The notes: generated by a model from the letters alone, not told the origin. A stretch of 59,782 bases of DNA from Patescibacteria group bacterium (GCA_029210775.1 JARGGI010000004.1:1-59782); one strand, 5' to 3'. Numbered from the stretch's first letter, positions 30,207 to 39,705 are shown. Program-made: numbers and translations.

Positions 30207-31415
30207 TTAGATTGATCCGACCAATTGGTATATCGGCATAATAATTGAAAAGGCAATGACGGCTACAATTATTCCCATTACGCCCAGAATCAAAGGTTCC
30301 ATCAAGGAAACGAAATTTTTTATATTATTATCAACCTCTTCTTCATAAAAAATTGCAAGTTCAGACAAAGTTAGCTCCAAATTACCAGTTTTTTCTCCAA
30401 CACTGACCATATTTATTAGCATATAAGGAAAAAGGTCTTTTCTTTTTTTTAGTGCGTTGCTCATTGAAACCCCACGACTAACATCTTTACTTATGTCTTT
30501 GATTGATTTTTGATATCTATTATATCCCAATGTTCCAGCGGAGATATTAAGCGATTTTAAAATGCTTATTCCGCTTGCAAGAAGCGTTCCAAGGGTTCTT
30601 ATAAATCTTGCCAAAATAATTTTTATATATAGATCAGAAATCACAGGCATTTTCAATATTATTTCTGATGAAATTTGTTGGAATTTTTCTTTTTTTCTGA
30701 AATAAAAAAGTGTGATGGGTATTATAAAAAGAAGGCTGATTATGATGAAAAAATTTGCAGTGATAAAATCACTTAAATTCATAATAAATTGTGTTGTCCA
30801 TGGAAGCTTTATATTGTTTTGTTGAAATGATTTTGCAAGTTTCGGAACCACAAAAACCATCATCAGAATAATCACCAGAATAGATGCAAAAATTAGGACC
30901 GCTGGATAGATCATTGCTCCTTTTACTTTTTGTCTGAGCTTGTAGTCTTTTTTTTCTTGAATGCCAAGGTATTCAAGGGATTTTTCAAGAGTTCCAGAAG
31001 CCTCCCCTGATTCTATCAGTGTAATAAATATATTTGAAAAAGAATTAGGATATTTTTTAAATGTAGTTGAAAGTTGTTGCCCTTTTTCAAGGTTGAATTT
31101 TGCATCGGTAAGAATTTTTTTGAGAGAATTTTTTTTTGCATCATTTAAAATTGTTTCAATACCTTCTTTGAGATTTAGTCCAGATCTTATCATTGTTGAT
31201 AAATGCTTTGTTAGCATAATTTTATCTTGCTGTGATATTGAAGATGAAAAAATATTGGAAAACTTGTTGCTTGAATTTTTTTTAGGTTTGATGGAAATAG
31301 CAGTAAGTTCCTGACGGTTTAAATAGTCTTTGACTGCTTTTGTGTCTATGGTTTCAAGTTCGCCATTTGAAATTTCGCCTTGATTGTTAATTGCAGCATA
31401 TAAAAATGTTGGCAT
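30207..31415 (-). CDS. pilC: Type IV pilus platform protein PilC/GspF family (cluster 2)
   Basis: 402 aa. Duplicated T2SSF domains (LTKHLSTMIRSGLN..., FIRTLGTLLASGIS...). Confidence 0.9.
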   Translation of the reverse strand: MPTFLYAAINNQGEISNGELETIDTKAVKDYLNRQELTAISIKPKKNSSNKFSNIFSSSISQQDKIMLTKHLSTMIRSGLNLKEGIETILNDAKKNSLKKILTDAKFNLEKGQQLSTTFKKYPNSFSNIFITLIESGEASGTLEKSLEYLGIQEKKDYKLRQKVKGAMIYPAVLIFASILVIILMMVFVVPKLAKSFQQNNIKLPWTTQFIMNLSDFITANFFIIISLLFIIPITLFYFRKKEKFQQISSEIILKMPVISDLYIKIILARFIRTLGTLLASGISILKSLNISAGTLGYNRYQKSIKDISKDVSRGVSMSNALKKRKDLFPYMLINMVSVGEKTGNLELTLSELAIFYEEEVDNNIKNFVSLMEPLILGVMGIIVAVIAFSIIMPIYQLVGSI

Positions 31416-31460
31416 AATTTTTGTTTTTTGTTTATTTCGTAATTTAAACTCAATTTTAGC

Positions 31461-33161
31461 TTATTCTCTTACCGCTCTTAGAATTTCTGTTATTGTTGTT
31501 TGTCCTGTTTGAATTTTTTCAAGACCATCTTCAAACATAGGTATCATATTTTCAGACAAAGCAACTTCTTTGATTTTATCACCACTTGATTTTTTGACTA
31601 TCAAATCTTTTATACTTTGCGATATTTTTAGGGTTTCAAAAATACCAATTTGACCGTGATATCCGCTGTTATTACAATTTTTGCAACCTTTTGCGTTATA
31701 TGAAGTATCAAATGTTTTGATGTCGAATTTATTATAAGGATTTAATTTTAGTTGTTCTTTTATAATTTCAATCGTGTCATTTTCCACCTCTTGACTTGAG
31801 AGACATTTTGGACAATTCTTTCTAACAAGTCTTTGTGCAATTATGATGTTAAGAGTAGAAGATATCAAAAATGGTTCTGCGCCCATATCTATAAGTCTTG
31901 GAATTGCAAGAGCTGCATTGTTTGTGTGAAGCGTTGAAAGAACCAAATGACCTGTAAGAGAAGCGTGAATGGCCATTTCCAAGGTTTCTTTATCTCTTAT
32001 TTCTCCGACCATAATGATGTTTGGATTTTGTCTCAAAAAAGACCTTAATCCTTCAGCAAAAGTAATGCCAGTTTTTGGATTTACTTGTGTTTGATTAATT
32101 CTTGGTATGTCATATTCAATTGGATCTTCAATTGTACAAATATTAACTTCTGGATTATTAAGAAGATGTAAAATAGAATATAAAGTTGTTGTTTTGCCAC
32201 TTCCCGTTGGTCCCGTGACAAGAATTAGTCCTTGTGTTTTTTTAATCCCACTATTTACGAGTTTCAAGTTATGTTCTGATAGTCCTAATTCAGTAAGGCT
32301 TAGGGGTCTTGCTGAACCAGACAGAATTCTCATCACAGCTTTTTCTCCATGAAATGTTGGCATAATTGAAACTCTGATTGAAACACTTTGATCTTCTGTT
32401 TTAAATTTAAATCTTCCGTCTTGTGGGGTTAAGTGTTCGTCAATTTGTAAGTTTGAAAGAATTTTTATGCGTGCTACGATGGCCATATGAACATTAACTG
32501 GAAGTTCTACTATGTCACGAAGGATGCCATCAATTCTATAACGAACAATAACTTTTTCTTCAAACACTTCAATGTGGATATCGGACGAGTTGTGCGCAAT
32601 TGCATAATCAAGGATTGTGTCTAAAATAGAAATAACTGGCAAATCCTGGGCAATCTTTTTTATATCTCCTTTTTCGGATTTTGTTTTTTCGACATTTCTT
32701 TTGATGATTTCATGAAACTCTTTTCCAATGTCTTTTTTATATCTTTTCCAAGCTTTTTGAATATCATTTTGTCCTGTGATATATATTTTCACAGGCATTC
32801 CTATTTTTGTTTTTACATATTCAATGGCTTGTAAATTCAAGGGATCAATCATTGCTACTTTTACAAATCCTTTTTCTTTGCCAAAAATAATCAGCTGTTT
32901 TTTCTTAGCATCTGATTCGCTTATAAGTTCAATGTCGGAGAATTTAATCTTTTCGTTTGAAAGATCTACAGTAGGCAATTCAAGATATTTTGCTAAAATT
33001 TCTATCAGGTATTGTTCCGTAATGTGACCATTTCCAATTAAAACATTTTCAATAGAAAGGCCGGATCTTTTTGCTTCCTCTTGTGATTTTTGATAATCAG
33101 CTTCTTCTACAATTCCAGAGTTTAAAACTATTTCTTTAAATTTTTGTTTTGGTATATGCAT
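31461..33161 (-). CDS. pilB: Type IV pilus assembly ATPase PilB/GspE family (cluster 2)
   Basis: GPTGSGKTTT, NPNIIMVGEIRD, TGHLVLSTLHTN, CPKC...CKNC. N-terminal T2SSE_N-like domain. Confidence 0.9.
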   Translation of the reverse strand: MHIPKQKFKEIVLNSGIVEEADYQKSQEEAKRSGLSIENVLIGNGHITEQYLIEILAKYLELPTVDLSNEKIKFSDIELISESDAKKKQLIIFGKEKGFVKVAMIDPLNLQAIEYVKTKIGMPVKIYITGQNDIQKAWKRYKKDIGKEFHEIIKRNVEKTKSEKGDIKKIAQDLPVISILDTILDYAIAHNSSDIHIEVFEEKVIVRYRIDGILRDIVELPVNVHMAIVARIKILSNLQIDEHLTPQDGRFKFKTEDQSVSIRVSIMPTFHGEKAVMRILSGSARPLSLTELGLSEHNLKLVNSGIKKTQGLILVTGPTGSGKTTTLYSILHLLNNPEVNICTIEDPIEYDIPRINQTQVNPKTGITFAEGLRSFLRQNPNIIMVGEIRDKETLEMAIHASLTGHLVLSTLHTNNAALAIPRLIDMGAEPFLISSTLNIIIAQRLVRKNCPKCLSSQEVENDTIEIIKEQLKLNPYNKFDIKTFDTSYNAKGCKNCNNSGYHGQIGIFETLKISQSIKDLIVKKSSGDKIKEVALSENMIPMFEDGLEKIQTGQTTITEILRAVRE

Positions 33162-33206
33162 AAAATTTGATTATTTTGTTTTAGTATAAATGTTGGTTAT
33201 GATAAA

Positions 33207-33815
33207 TTAAACCTTTAGAACTCCCAGTCCAAATTGATTTATAATTTTATTTCCATAGAGCAAAACAATGATGGCACTGAGAATCATACTATGAGTTATG
33301 ATTATCGGATCTGTTTTTTTGAGAATTATTATATTGATAATTTGTTGTATTGAAAATATGAAAAAAAGTATAAAAAGGTAAGGAATAAATGCTGGAAAAC
33401 CGACAGATAGAGCTGTGAAGAATCCAAGATAGACTTCATCTTTGTCTAAGATTCTGTTTTGAGTTCGCTTTCTTGCGAGGTGGAGAAAAATTGCCCAGGA
33501 AACGCTGACGAGAATAATCACAAAAAACGATTGCCAAAAGTGAGAAAAGGCATATCCATAAAAGTATGCTTCTTCATAAGGAGGGAGTAGAAATTTACTA
33601 AAAGGATCGGTTTTCCACAAATTATATGTTGCAATGGTGCTATAAGAGCTTATTGAAAGAAAAATTGTAATAATTGAAAGAATTCCAAATTTAAGCCATT
33701 TTATTTTAATTTCATTTGTTTTTATTTTATGTATTAGAAAAACTATCAGTAAAAAAAGTGGTATGTAAAGTTTAATACTATTTAGGAAAGATAATGTCTC
33801 CATTTGCAAATTCAT
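33207..33815 (-). CDS. Polytopic membrane protein of unknown function between the major pilin and pilB
   Basis: 202 aa, ~6 hydrophobic helices. No recognisable GxGD or DxxL prepilin-peptidase motifs. Confidence 0.5.
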   Translation of the reverse strand: MNLQMETLSFLNSIKLYIPLFLLIVFLIHKIKTNEIKIKWLKFGILSIITIFLSISSYSTIATYNLWKTDPFSKFLLPPYEEAYFYGYAFSHFWQSFFVIILVSVSWAIFLHLARKRTQNRILDKDEVYLGFFTALSVGFPAFIPYLFILFFIFSIQQIINIIILKKTDPIIITHSMILSAIIVLLYGNKIINQFGLGVLKV

Positions 33816-33846
33816 TTAATATAAATCTTTATATATATATTATACA

Positions 33847-33911
33847 TAAAAAAGACAGATTGTTCAACTTATTATTAATTTAAAAATTAATTGCAAATTG
33901 AACAATCCGTC
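33847..33911 (-). terminator. Intrinsic terminator after the major pilin gene
   Basis: On the minus strand: GACGGATTGTTCAA (33911-33898), ~30-nt loop, TTGAACAATCTGTC (33867-33854), then TTTTTT. 14-bp stem with one G.T pair. Confidence 0.55.
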
Positions 33912-33935
33912 AAGATTGAATTTGTCTATATTAAG

Positions 33936-34577
33936 CTAAAAAATTTGAGTTTGGTCTGGTAAGATAGTTAAATTTGATCCTACTTCAAAAAGAGTAGAGT
34001 TATTACCTCCATCATTTAAAGCTTTATTGTCATCCACTGTAAATGTTGTACTTTCTAATTTCGCATTAAGTTCAAAAGTAAGATCGCTATTACAAGCATA
34101 TCTATAAACCAGGTCTGTATTTGCCGGAGCGGATGGTAATGCAACCGTATTGACAGGATCAAGTGGTAGATTTGAGATAGGAGAACCTCCAGATATGTCT
34201 CTAAAATCAATGGGCAACCACCCCGTACTATCTATTCCAGTACTAGCACTTGAGACTACCGTTAATGCACCAGTAGCAACGGTAGCAGCTGTTATACCTG
34301 CTTGGCTATAAAAAATACTGTCATTTCCAATTCCTCCAACACACAAAGTATTTGCTGAATTATCAAGAATTGGCGTTGTAACTGTGGTCATATAAAGACC
34401 AATAGCCGTTTTTAATGTTGCAAGGTCGCTCATTCTTTGTGAATCACGACCTTTTCTTAAAGTTTCAGCCGGATTTAGGATTAATACTAAAGCTACCGAT
34501 AGAATTGCCAAAATTGCAATAACAATCAAAAGCTCTAAAAGAGTAAATCCTTTTGCTTTTTTTTCATTTGTAATCAT
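33936..34577 (-). CDS. Major type IV pilin candidate
   Basis: Class III signal MITNEKKAKG|FTLLELLIVIAILAIL with Glu+5. Near-perfect SD (AAAGGAGGTGA) 8 nt upstream. Own promoter-like site and own terminator. 213 aa. Confidence 0.8.
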   Translation of the reverse strand: MITNEKKAKGFTLLELLIVIAILAILSVALVLILNPAETLRKGRDSQRMSDLATLKTAIGLYMTTVTTPILDNSANTLCVGGIGNDSIFYSQAGITAATVATGALTVVSSASTGIDSTGWLPIDFRDISGGSPISNLPLDPVNTVALPSAPANTDLVYRYACNSDLTFELNAKLESTTFTVDDNKALNDGGNNSTLFEVGSNLTILPDQTQIF

Positions 34578-34637
34578 TTTATTTTATCACCTCCTTTTAT
34601 ATTTTCTAAATTATTAAAATTATGTTTCTTTAAAGAT

Positions 34638-34666
34638 ATTATATCACATTTTGTATTAATATATAA
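34638..34666 (-). promoter_or_regulatory. Putative extended -10 promoter (TGaTATAAT) for the pilin gene
   Basis: Minus strand reads ...AATACAAAATGTGATATAAT. The -35 is poor. Confidence 0.35.
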
Positions 34667-34687
34667 AATATTGAAAAACTTCGTTTT

Positions 34688-35056
34688 TTATATATATTTT
34701 TTGATTTTTTCTCCAATTTCTTCCAAAGTAAAATCAGTTTTTATGAGATATTCTTTTGCTCCAAGACTAAGCGCTTTATCTTTATCGGATTTTTGACCAA
34801 GATTTGAGACGGCTATTATAGGAATTTCTTTTAATCTTTCATCACTTTTAATCTTTTTCAAAAATTCAAAACCATTCATTTTGGGAAGCATTAAATCAAG
34901 GAGAATTAAAGAAGGAACCTCTTTTTCTGCAAGTTTAAGACCTTCGTTACCGTTCATTGCCACAACAACATCAAAATTTAGTTGTTGAAATTTTATTTCA
35001 TATGCTTTAAGCAGAAATCTGTCATCTTCAACAATCATAATTTTTTTATTTTTCAT
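34688..35056 (-). CDS. Stand-alone response-regulator receiver (paralog A)
   Basis: 122 aa. IVEDD, LILLDLMLPKMNG, EYLIKT. About 70% identical by eye to the ORF at 35249-35623. Confidence 0.85.
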   Translation of the reverse strand: MKNKKIMIVEDDRFLLKAYEIKFQQLNFDVVVAMNGNEGLKLAEKEVPSLILLDLMLPKMNGFEFLKKIKSDERLKEIPIIAVSNLGQKSDKDKALSLGAKEYLIKTDFTLEEIGEKIKKYI

Positions 35057-35101
35057 AAGGCTTGAGTAGGTTATGGTTAATAATGTTTAATTTAGATATT
35101 T

Positions 35102-35254
35102 CTTTGAATTATGAAATGTAAATTTTTGTGTCATTCCGAGCCTTAATCGAGGAATCCCTTCAATATTATTATCGCAGTTTACATTGTTTAAGGGATTTCT
35201 TAATCGCTATCGCTCATTTCGAAATGACAAAAGGAGGCATTTCGTAATTCAAAG
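35102..35254. mobile_element. MITE-like element (153 bp), TTTGAATTACGAAAT family, subfamily B
   Basis: Terminal inverted repeats CTTTGAATTATGAAATG ... CATTTCGTAATTCAAAG. Flanked by the direct repeat ATATTT (35096-35101 and 35255-35260). 145/153 identical to 56282-56434. Confidence 0.8.
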
Positions 35255-35623
35255 ATATTTTTTAATGTTTACTATGATCTCCTCTAATGTATTATCAGTT
35301 TTTATAAGGTATTTTTCAGCCCCAAGATTTATTGCTTTTTCTTGATCGGTCCTTTGACCAAGAACAGAAATGGCAATAACAGGAATGTTTTTCAATTCTT
35401 TCTCGTTTTTTATTATTTTTAAAAAGTCAAAACCATTCATTTTGGGAAGCATTAAATCAAGAATAATTATGGATGGAACTTCTTTTTTTGCAAGTTCAAG
35501 ACCTTCGTTACCGTTCATTGCCACAATAACATTGAAACTCTCTTTTCTAAGTTTAATTTCATAAGCTTTAAGGAGAAATTTATCATCTTCAATAATTAGA
35601 ATCTTTTTTTCTTCTATTTTCAT
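35249..35623 (-). CDS. Stand-alone response-regulator receiver (paralog B)
   Basis: 124 aa. IIEDD, IIILDLMLPKMNG, KYLIKT. The last sense codon and the TGA stop lie inside the MITE terminal repeat. Confidence 0.85.
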   Translation of the reverse strand: MKIEEKKILIIEDDKFLLKAYEIKLRKESFNVIVAMNGNEGLELAKKEVPSIIILDLMLPKMNGFDFLKIIKNEKELKNIPVIAISVLGQRTDQEKAINLGAEKYLIKTDNTLEEIIVNIKKYL

Positions 35624-35659
35624 ATATTTAATTTATAAATAAGGATAAAATAAAAATAA

Positions 35660-38278
35660 TTATTTCTTTGCACACTTCTCCCCTATTTTACAAAACATAC
35701 TATCAATTGGCAATGTGAAAAAGAAGGTAGTTCCTTTATTTTCTTCTGATCTGAACCAAATTTTTCCTCCAATCAAATCGAGAATGGATTTAATAATATA
35801 TAAACCGAGCCCAGTTCCACTTGCTTCATATTTTATTGCATTACTTCCTCTTGAAAACTTTTTAAATAATTTGGATTGATCTTTTTTAGGAATACCAATT
35901 CCGTTATCTTTTACTTCAAAAAGCAAATGGTCTTTCCCTTTTCTTTTTATGCTCAAAACAATTTTTCCATTTTCAGGGGTATATCTCAGAGCGTTGACAA
36001 TCAAATTGTCTATAATGTTTCTGAGTAAATTTTTGTCAATATTAATTTCAAGGGATTTGTCAGTAAGATCTATAAATTTTAATTTTTGATTTTTTGTCTT
36101 TGCGACAGGTTCAAGTTCTTTGATTAGTTTATTTATTAAAGAATTCAGATTTACGATTTCTGGATTTATGGCAAGATTGTCATTTTCAATTCTTGAAACG
36201 CTGAGCATTTGATTTACAAAATTTATCATATTTTGATTACTGGATTGGATTTCATTTATAATTTCAGTTTGTTTTAGTTTTAGTTTTCCTGTGTCTTCGT
36301 TTAATAAAATTTCTATAAACCATTTCATGGCAGAAAGAGGAGTTCTTAGTTGGTGTGAAACAGTTGAGATGAAGTCAGAGCGCATTCGTTCTGTTTCTCT
36401 TTTTTCTGTAACGTCTCGAAATACAATTATACATCCCATAACTCTTCCTTTTTTATTTTTAATTGGAGAAGCGTTTATGTCTACAAGTATTAAATTTTTC
36501 TTTTTAGTAAACATTGCGAGATTATTGTTTGATGCTTGAGCTTTGCCCATTAATGCTTTATTAATTAGATCAGTTTTCACTTTTTTGCTTTCTTCTTCAA
36601 TGAAGTTTAGAAAGTCATTATAAGGATGATTTTCAATATCTTCAAGTTTAAAACCAGTAATTCTTTCTGCAATTGGATTAAAAATTATTATTTTTTTGTC
36701 TTGATCAATTGCCAAAACTGCATCTCCAATACTGTTTAAAATTGCTTTAAGCTTGTTTTTTTCTTCTTGTACATTGTCTCTTTCAATGTAAACGCTTTTG
36801 AGAACATTTTCAAGATTGTGTTTTGAAAATTCTTTGTTTTCTTCGATTAATTTTAGTTCTGTGATATCTCTGAAAACAACAACCACACCATTAAATTTCT
36901 TTTCATAAAGAGGATCTATGGACATTTGAACTGGGAACATTTCACATGAAATACTTTTTAAATATATGTTATTATTTATATTTATTCTGCTCGGTTTTTT
37001 ATTTTTGAACACTTTTTCAATTGGCCATTTGTTAAAAGGGAGTTCTTTTTTGTTGTTTTGCATAAAAAGAATTTCTTTTATATTTTTTCCTAATAGTTTC
37101 TTTGAAGATATTTTTAAAAGTTTTTCCGTTACTTTGTTTACTGTTGTTATTTTGTAATTATTATCAATGACTATCAAGCCTTCTCCCATTGAAGATATGA
37201 TTGATTTTATTTGTTCGTGTTCTTTTTTGATTTTTTCCTTTGATTTTTTTATTCCTAATACCATTTCATTAAAAGATGATGCGAGATATCCAATTTCATC
37301 TTTTGAATCAATTTTGACTTTCTGTCCTAAATTCCCATTTGATATTCTTTTAGCTGCCTTAACTAATTCTTTAATAGATTTTGTCATATTGTGAGAAACA
37401 TTTATAGCCAAAGTAACTCCGATGATGAATGACAATAGAATAAAGATAAATGAAAGTTGTTTTTGATTATTTATTTTTATAAAGATTTGATTTAGGTTTT
37501 CATTTGCTATTTTAGAGATATGCATTGAAGCAAGGTCAATTTCAAAAAAGTCTTTCTCCGCAAGGGTGAGATAAAAAACTTTATTTGTTTTTAGTTCATT
37601 TAGATTGTAAGTTTTAATTATTGATTTTTCAGCTGCATCTTGGTATGCGTCTATGATGGGCATTAATGAAATATAGCCTTTTTTTTCAAGTAGTGTTTTT
37701 GATTTTGAAATTTCCTCCATCCACAATTTTTCATATTTTTTTTCTTGATATTGAAAAAGAAATTCTTTTTCAAGATAGCCCACTATAGTAAGAGATAGTT
37801 TGAGATCATTTGAGTTTTTGTTAATCTCATTTATTAATCCGTGGCGGTTAATTTTGAGTTCCTGAGACAGGTCATATAATTTAATTTCTTCTTTCGTTTG
37901 TTCATTTTTTAAGCTTATAACTTTATTTTTTGCTATAATAAAATTTTTAACTGTTTTTCGAATTTTTAAGGTATAGTCATTAAAAATGTTTTCTTTTTCT
38001 ATAATTTGAATATTATTTTCTAAAGACTTTAGACCGGATTCAATTTCAAACTCTAATGCTTGTAATTTGTTTTCATCGGCTCCAGAATATAGAATTAAAG
38101 CTTTATTTATGTTACTTGAAGATAAAACAATATCTTCTGTTGCGTTTTTGATTGCGATTGTATTAATTGCAGTATGACTTATTTTATCGACAAAAAAAGT
38201 AACATAAAAACTGCTTAAAGTTAACAGAACAATACTAAAACAAAATACTAATAATAGTTTATATCTTATGTTCAGCAT
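35660..38278 (-). CDS. Large membrane sensor histidine kinase (periplasmic helical domain, HAMP, 2-3 PAS, HisKA, HATPase_c)
   Basis: 872 aa. TM1 at the N-terminus, TM2 near residue 280. HAMP (SIKELVKAAKRISNGNLGQKVKIDSKDEIGYLASSFNEM). PAS-like blocks. H-box STVSHQLRTPLSAM, N-box VNALRY, DNGIGIP, GTGLGL. Confidence 0.85.
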   Translation of the reverse strand: MLNIRYKLLLVFCFSIVLLTLSSFYVTFFVDKISHTAINTIAIKNATEDIVLSSSNINKALILYSGADENKLQALEFEIESGLKSLENNIQIIEKENIFNDYTLKIRKTVKNFIIAKNKVISLKNEQTKEEIKLYDLSQELKINRHGLINEINKNSNDLKLSLTIVGYLEKEFLFQYQEKKYEKLWMEEISKSKTLLEKKGYISLMPIIDAYQDAAEKSIIKTYNLNELKTNKVFYLTLAEKDFFEIDLASMHISKIANENLNQIFIKINNQKQLSFIFILLSFIIGVTLAINVSHNMTKSIKELVKAAKRISNGNLGQKVKIDSKDEIGYLASSFNEMVLGIKKSKEKIKKEHEQIKSIISSMGEGLIVIDNNYKITTVNKVTEKLLKISSKKLLGKNIKEILFMQNNKKELPFNKWPIEKVFKNKKPSRININNNIYLKSISCEMFPVQMSIDPLYEKKFNGVVVVFRDITELKLIEENKEFSKHNLENVLKSVYIERDNVQEEKNKLKAILNSIGDAVLAIDQDKKIIIFNPIAERITGFKLEDIENHPYNDFLNFIEEESKKVKTDLINKALMGKAQASNNNLAMFTKKKNLILVDINASPIKNKKGRVMGCIIVFRDVTEKRETERMRSDFISTVSHQLRTPLSAMKWFIEILLNEDTGKLKLKQTEIINEIQSSNQNMINFVNQMLSVSRIENDNLAINPEIVNLNSLINKLIKELEPVAKTKNQKLKFIDLTDKSLEINIDKNLLRNIIDNLIVNALRYTPENGKIVLSIKRKGKDHLLFEVKDNGIGIPKKDQSKLFKKFSRGSNAIKYEASGTGLGLYIIKSILDLIGGKIWFRSEENKGTTFFFTLPIDSMFCKIGEKCAKK

Positions 38279-38284
38279 ATTTTT

Positions 38285-39166
38285 TTATAAATCCGTAATT
38301 TTTTCTACTAAATTAAAATCTTCTTTTTTTGTGATGATAAATTTATCAATATCAATTTCCAAAAGATATCGTCTTCCTTCTTCCGATTTGTGCATATCCA
38401 AAAGCAATTTTTGTAATTTATCTAATTTTGTTTGATTAAATTCAGTGCTAATCATCAGAGTGTTTTCTGGAAATGGACCTTCCTTTTCAATAACTTGAAG
38501 TTCGTTTTCTATATTTGGATTTGTTTTTGATAATTTTTTCCAAATCAAATCCTTTGTGGCTCCACTGTCAAAATTTTTATTCAAAACTGCTGTGATTGTT
38601 TTTTCGTGTGAATCCAAGAATGAAGAAACTTTATAAAATTCATCTGGATTATATCCTTTATCTTTCAAAAGAAAAACAGGAAACAGATATCCTGCTGATG
38701 TATATGGATCAACATAAGCAAATCTTTTCCCTGATAGATCTTCAATTTTGTTAAAACCACTATCTTTCCTAGTGAATATATATCCCTGGTATGTTGAAAT
38801 TCCATTTTTTTCTCCTCTTACAAGGGGGATCGCAATATTTTCAATTATTAGTTTATATCCAACGACGCTTCCCATAAAACCAGCTTTGATATCTCCTTTT
38901 TTTATGTGTCCGAGAAAAGAACTGTAGTTTTTAATAGGAATTACTTTCCAATTATCATTTGTGTGTTTGTTCAGATATTCAACAAATTTTTCGTATTTCT
39001 CAAATTCTTCGTTATTTTGATTAGTTAAAATTCCTATGCCAATTTCATCTTTTTCTTGTGATGTTTTAGTTATGAATTCTTCCTTTTTTTTAGACAAAAA
39101 TACCACCGTCAAAATTATAGTAATTGACAGTATAATAATTGAAAAAATAATTGCTTTTTTTATCAT
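38285..39166 (-). CDS. PhnD-like (phosphonate/phosphite-type) periplasmic substrate-binding protein, membrane-anchored
   Basis: ATG at 39166 (MIKKAIIFSIIILSITIIL...) is preferred; the ORF track start is 39205. FAYVDPYTSAGYLFP and GATKD are typical of the PhnD/PBP type 2 fold. 6-nt gap to the kinase gene. Confidence 0.65.
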   Translation of the reverse strand: MIKKAIIFSIIILSITIILTVVFLSKKKEEFITKTSQEKDEIGIGILTNQNNEEFEKYEKFVEYLNKHTNDNWKVIPIKNYSSFLGHIKKGDIKAGFMGSVVGYKLIIENIAIPLVRGEKNGISTYQGYIFTRKDSGFNKIEDLSGKRFAYVDPYTSAGYLFPVFLLKDKGYNPDEFYKVSSFLDSHEKTITAVLNKNFDSGATKDLIWKKLSKTNPNIENELQVIEKEGPFPENTLMISTEFNQTKLDKLQKLLLDMHKSEEGRRYLLEIDIDKFIITKKEDFNLVEKITDL

Positions 39167-39605
39167 TTTATTATGTTGTTTTGAATCCCGAAATTGCATA
39201 CACATAACTCAGTGGTAGAATTACTATGTCATTTTAATTTTTGCAATGACAATAATATTTTGTATTTTGTAATTCAAAGTTATGTTATGTAAATATTATA
39301 ACATAAATTGTTAAATATTTGTAGTTTATGGAAATTGTAAAAATAGTAGAAATGGTCTAGAGCCCATAAGGGGTATAAAACAACCGCCAACATTAGCGAT
39401 TATTTTGAGTTATGTGGCGCGGTGAAGAGTATCAGAATTATATTTTAACGAATAGATAAATATGTTTATATATCGGAGTTGAAATAGGGAGTCGTTTTAC
39501 TTTCCAGCGCTACTCACTATATTTAGAAAATTGGCCAAAACCTTTCTTTGTAAGTTGGTGTAAAGTATAATTAAAATATAAAAAAAGAAAAAAGACAATC
39601 CAAAC

Positions 39606-39705
39606 GCGGATGTGTCGTAGTGATAGACCTGTGTGTCTATTCCGAATACGCGATGAAACGGAATTCATCCCGTATCAGGGGCAGACACACAGGTCTGCCC
39701 CTACG
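39606..39705. repeat. REP doublet unit 1 (two inverted GC-rich hairpins) upstream of RAYT-2
   Basis: Hairpin a ATAGAC-CTGTGT-GTCTAT (39623-39640). Hairpin b GGGGCAGAC-ACACAG-GTCTGCCCC (39678-39701). Bracketed by CGTAG...CTACG. Confidence 0.75.

Noticed and set aside
33207-33815. Calling this ORF the prepilin peptidase PilD
   Set aside because: It lacks the two conserved Asp motifs (including GxGD) and the N-terminal methyltransferase region. Position alone is insufficient, so it is reported as an unknown membrane protein.
39300-39560. Structured RNA gene (tmRNA, SRP RNA, RNase P or tRNA-like) in the 500-bp gap upstream of RAYT-2
   Set aside because: None of the universal signatures could be found: GGAA-tetraloop SRP helix, tRNA-like acceptor/T-arm with a matching 5' end, or the RNase P GAGGAAAGUC box. 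It is reported only as a diverged repeat.
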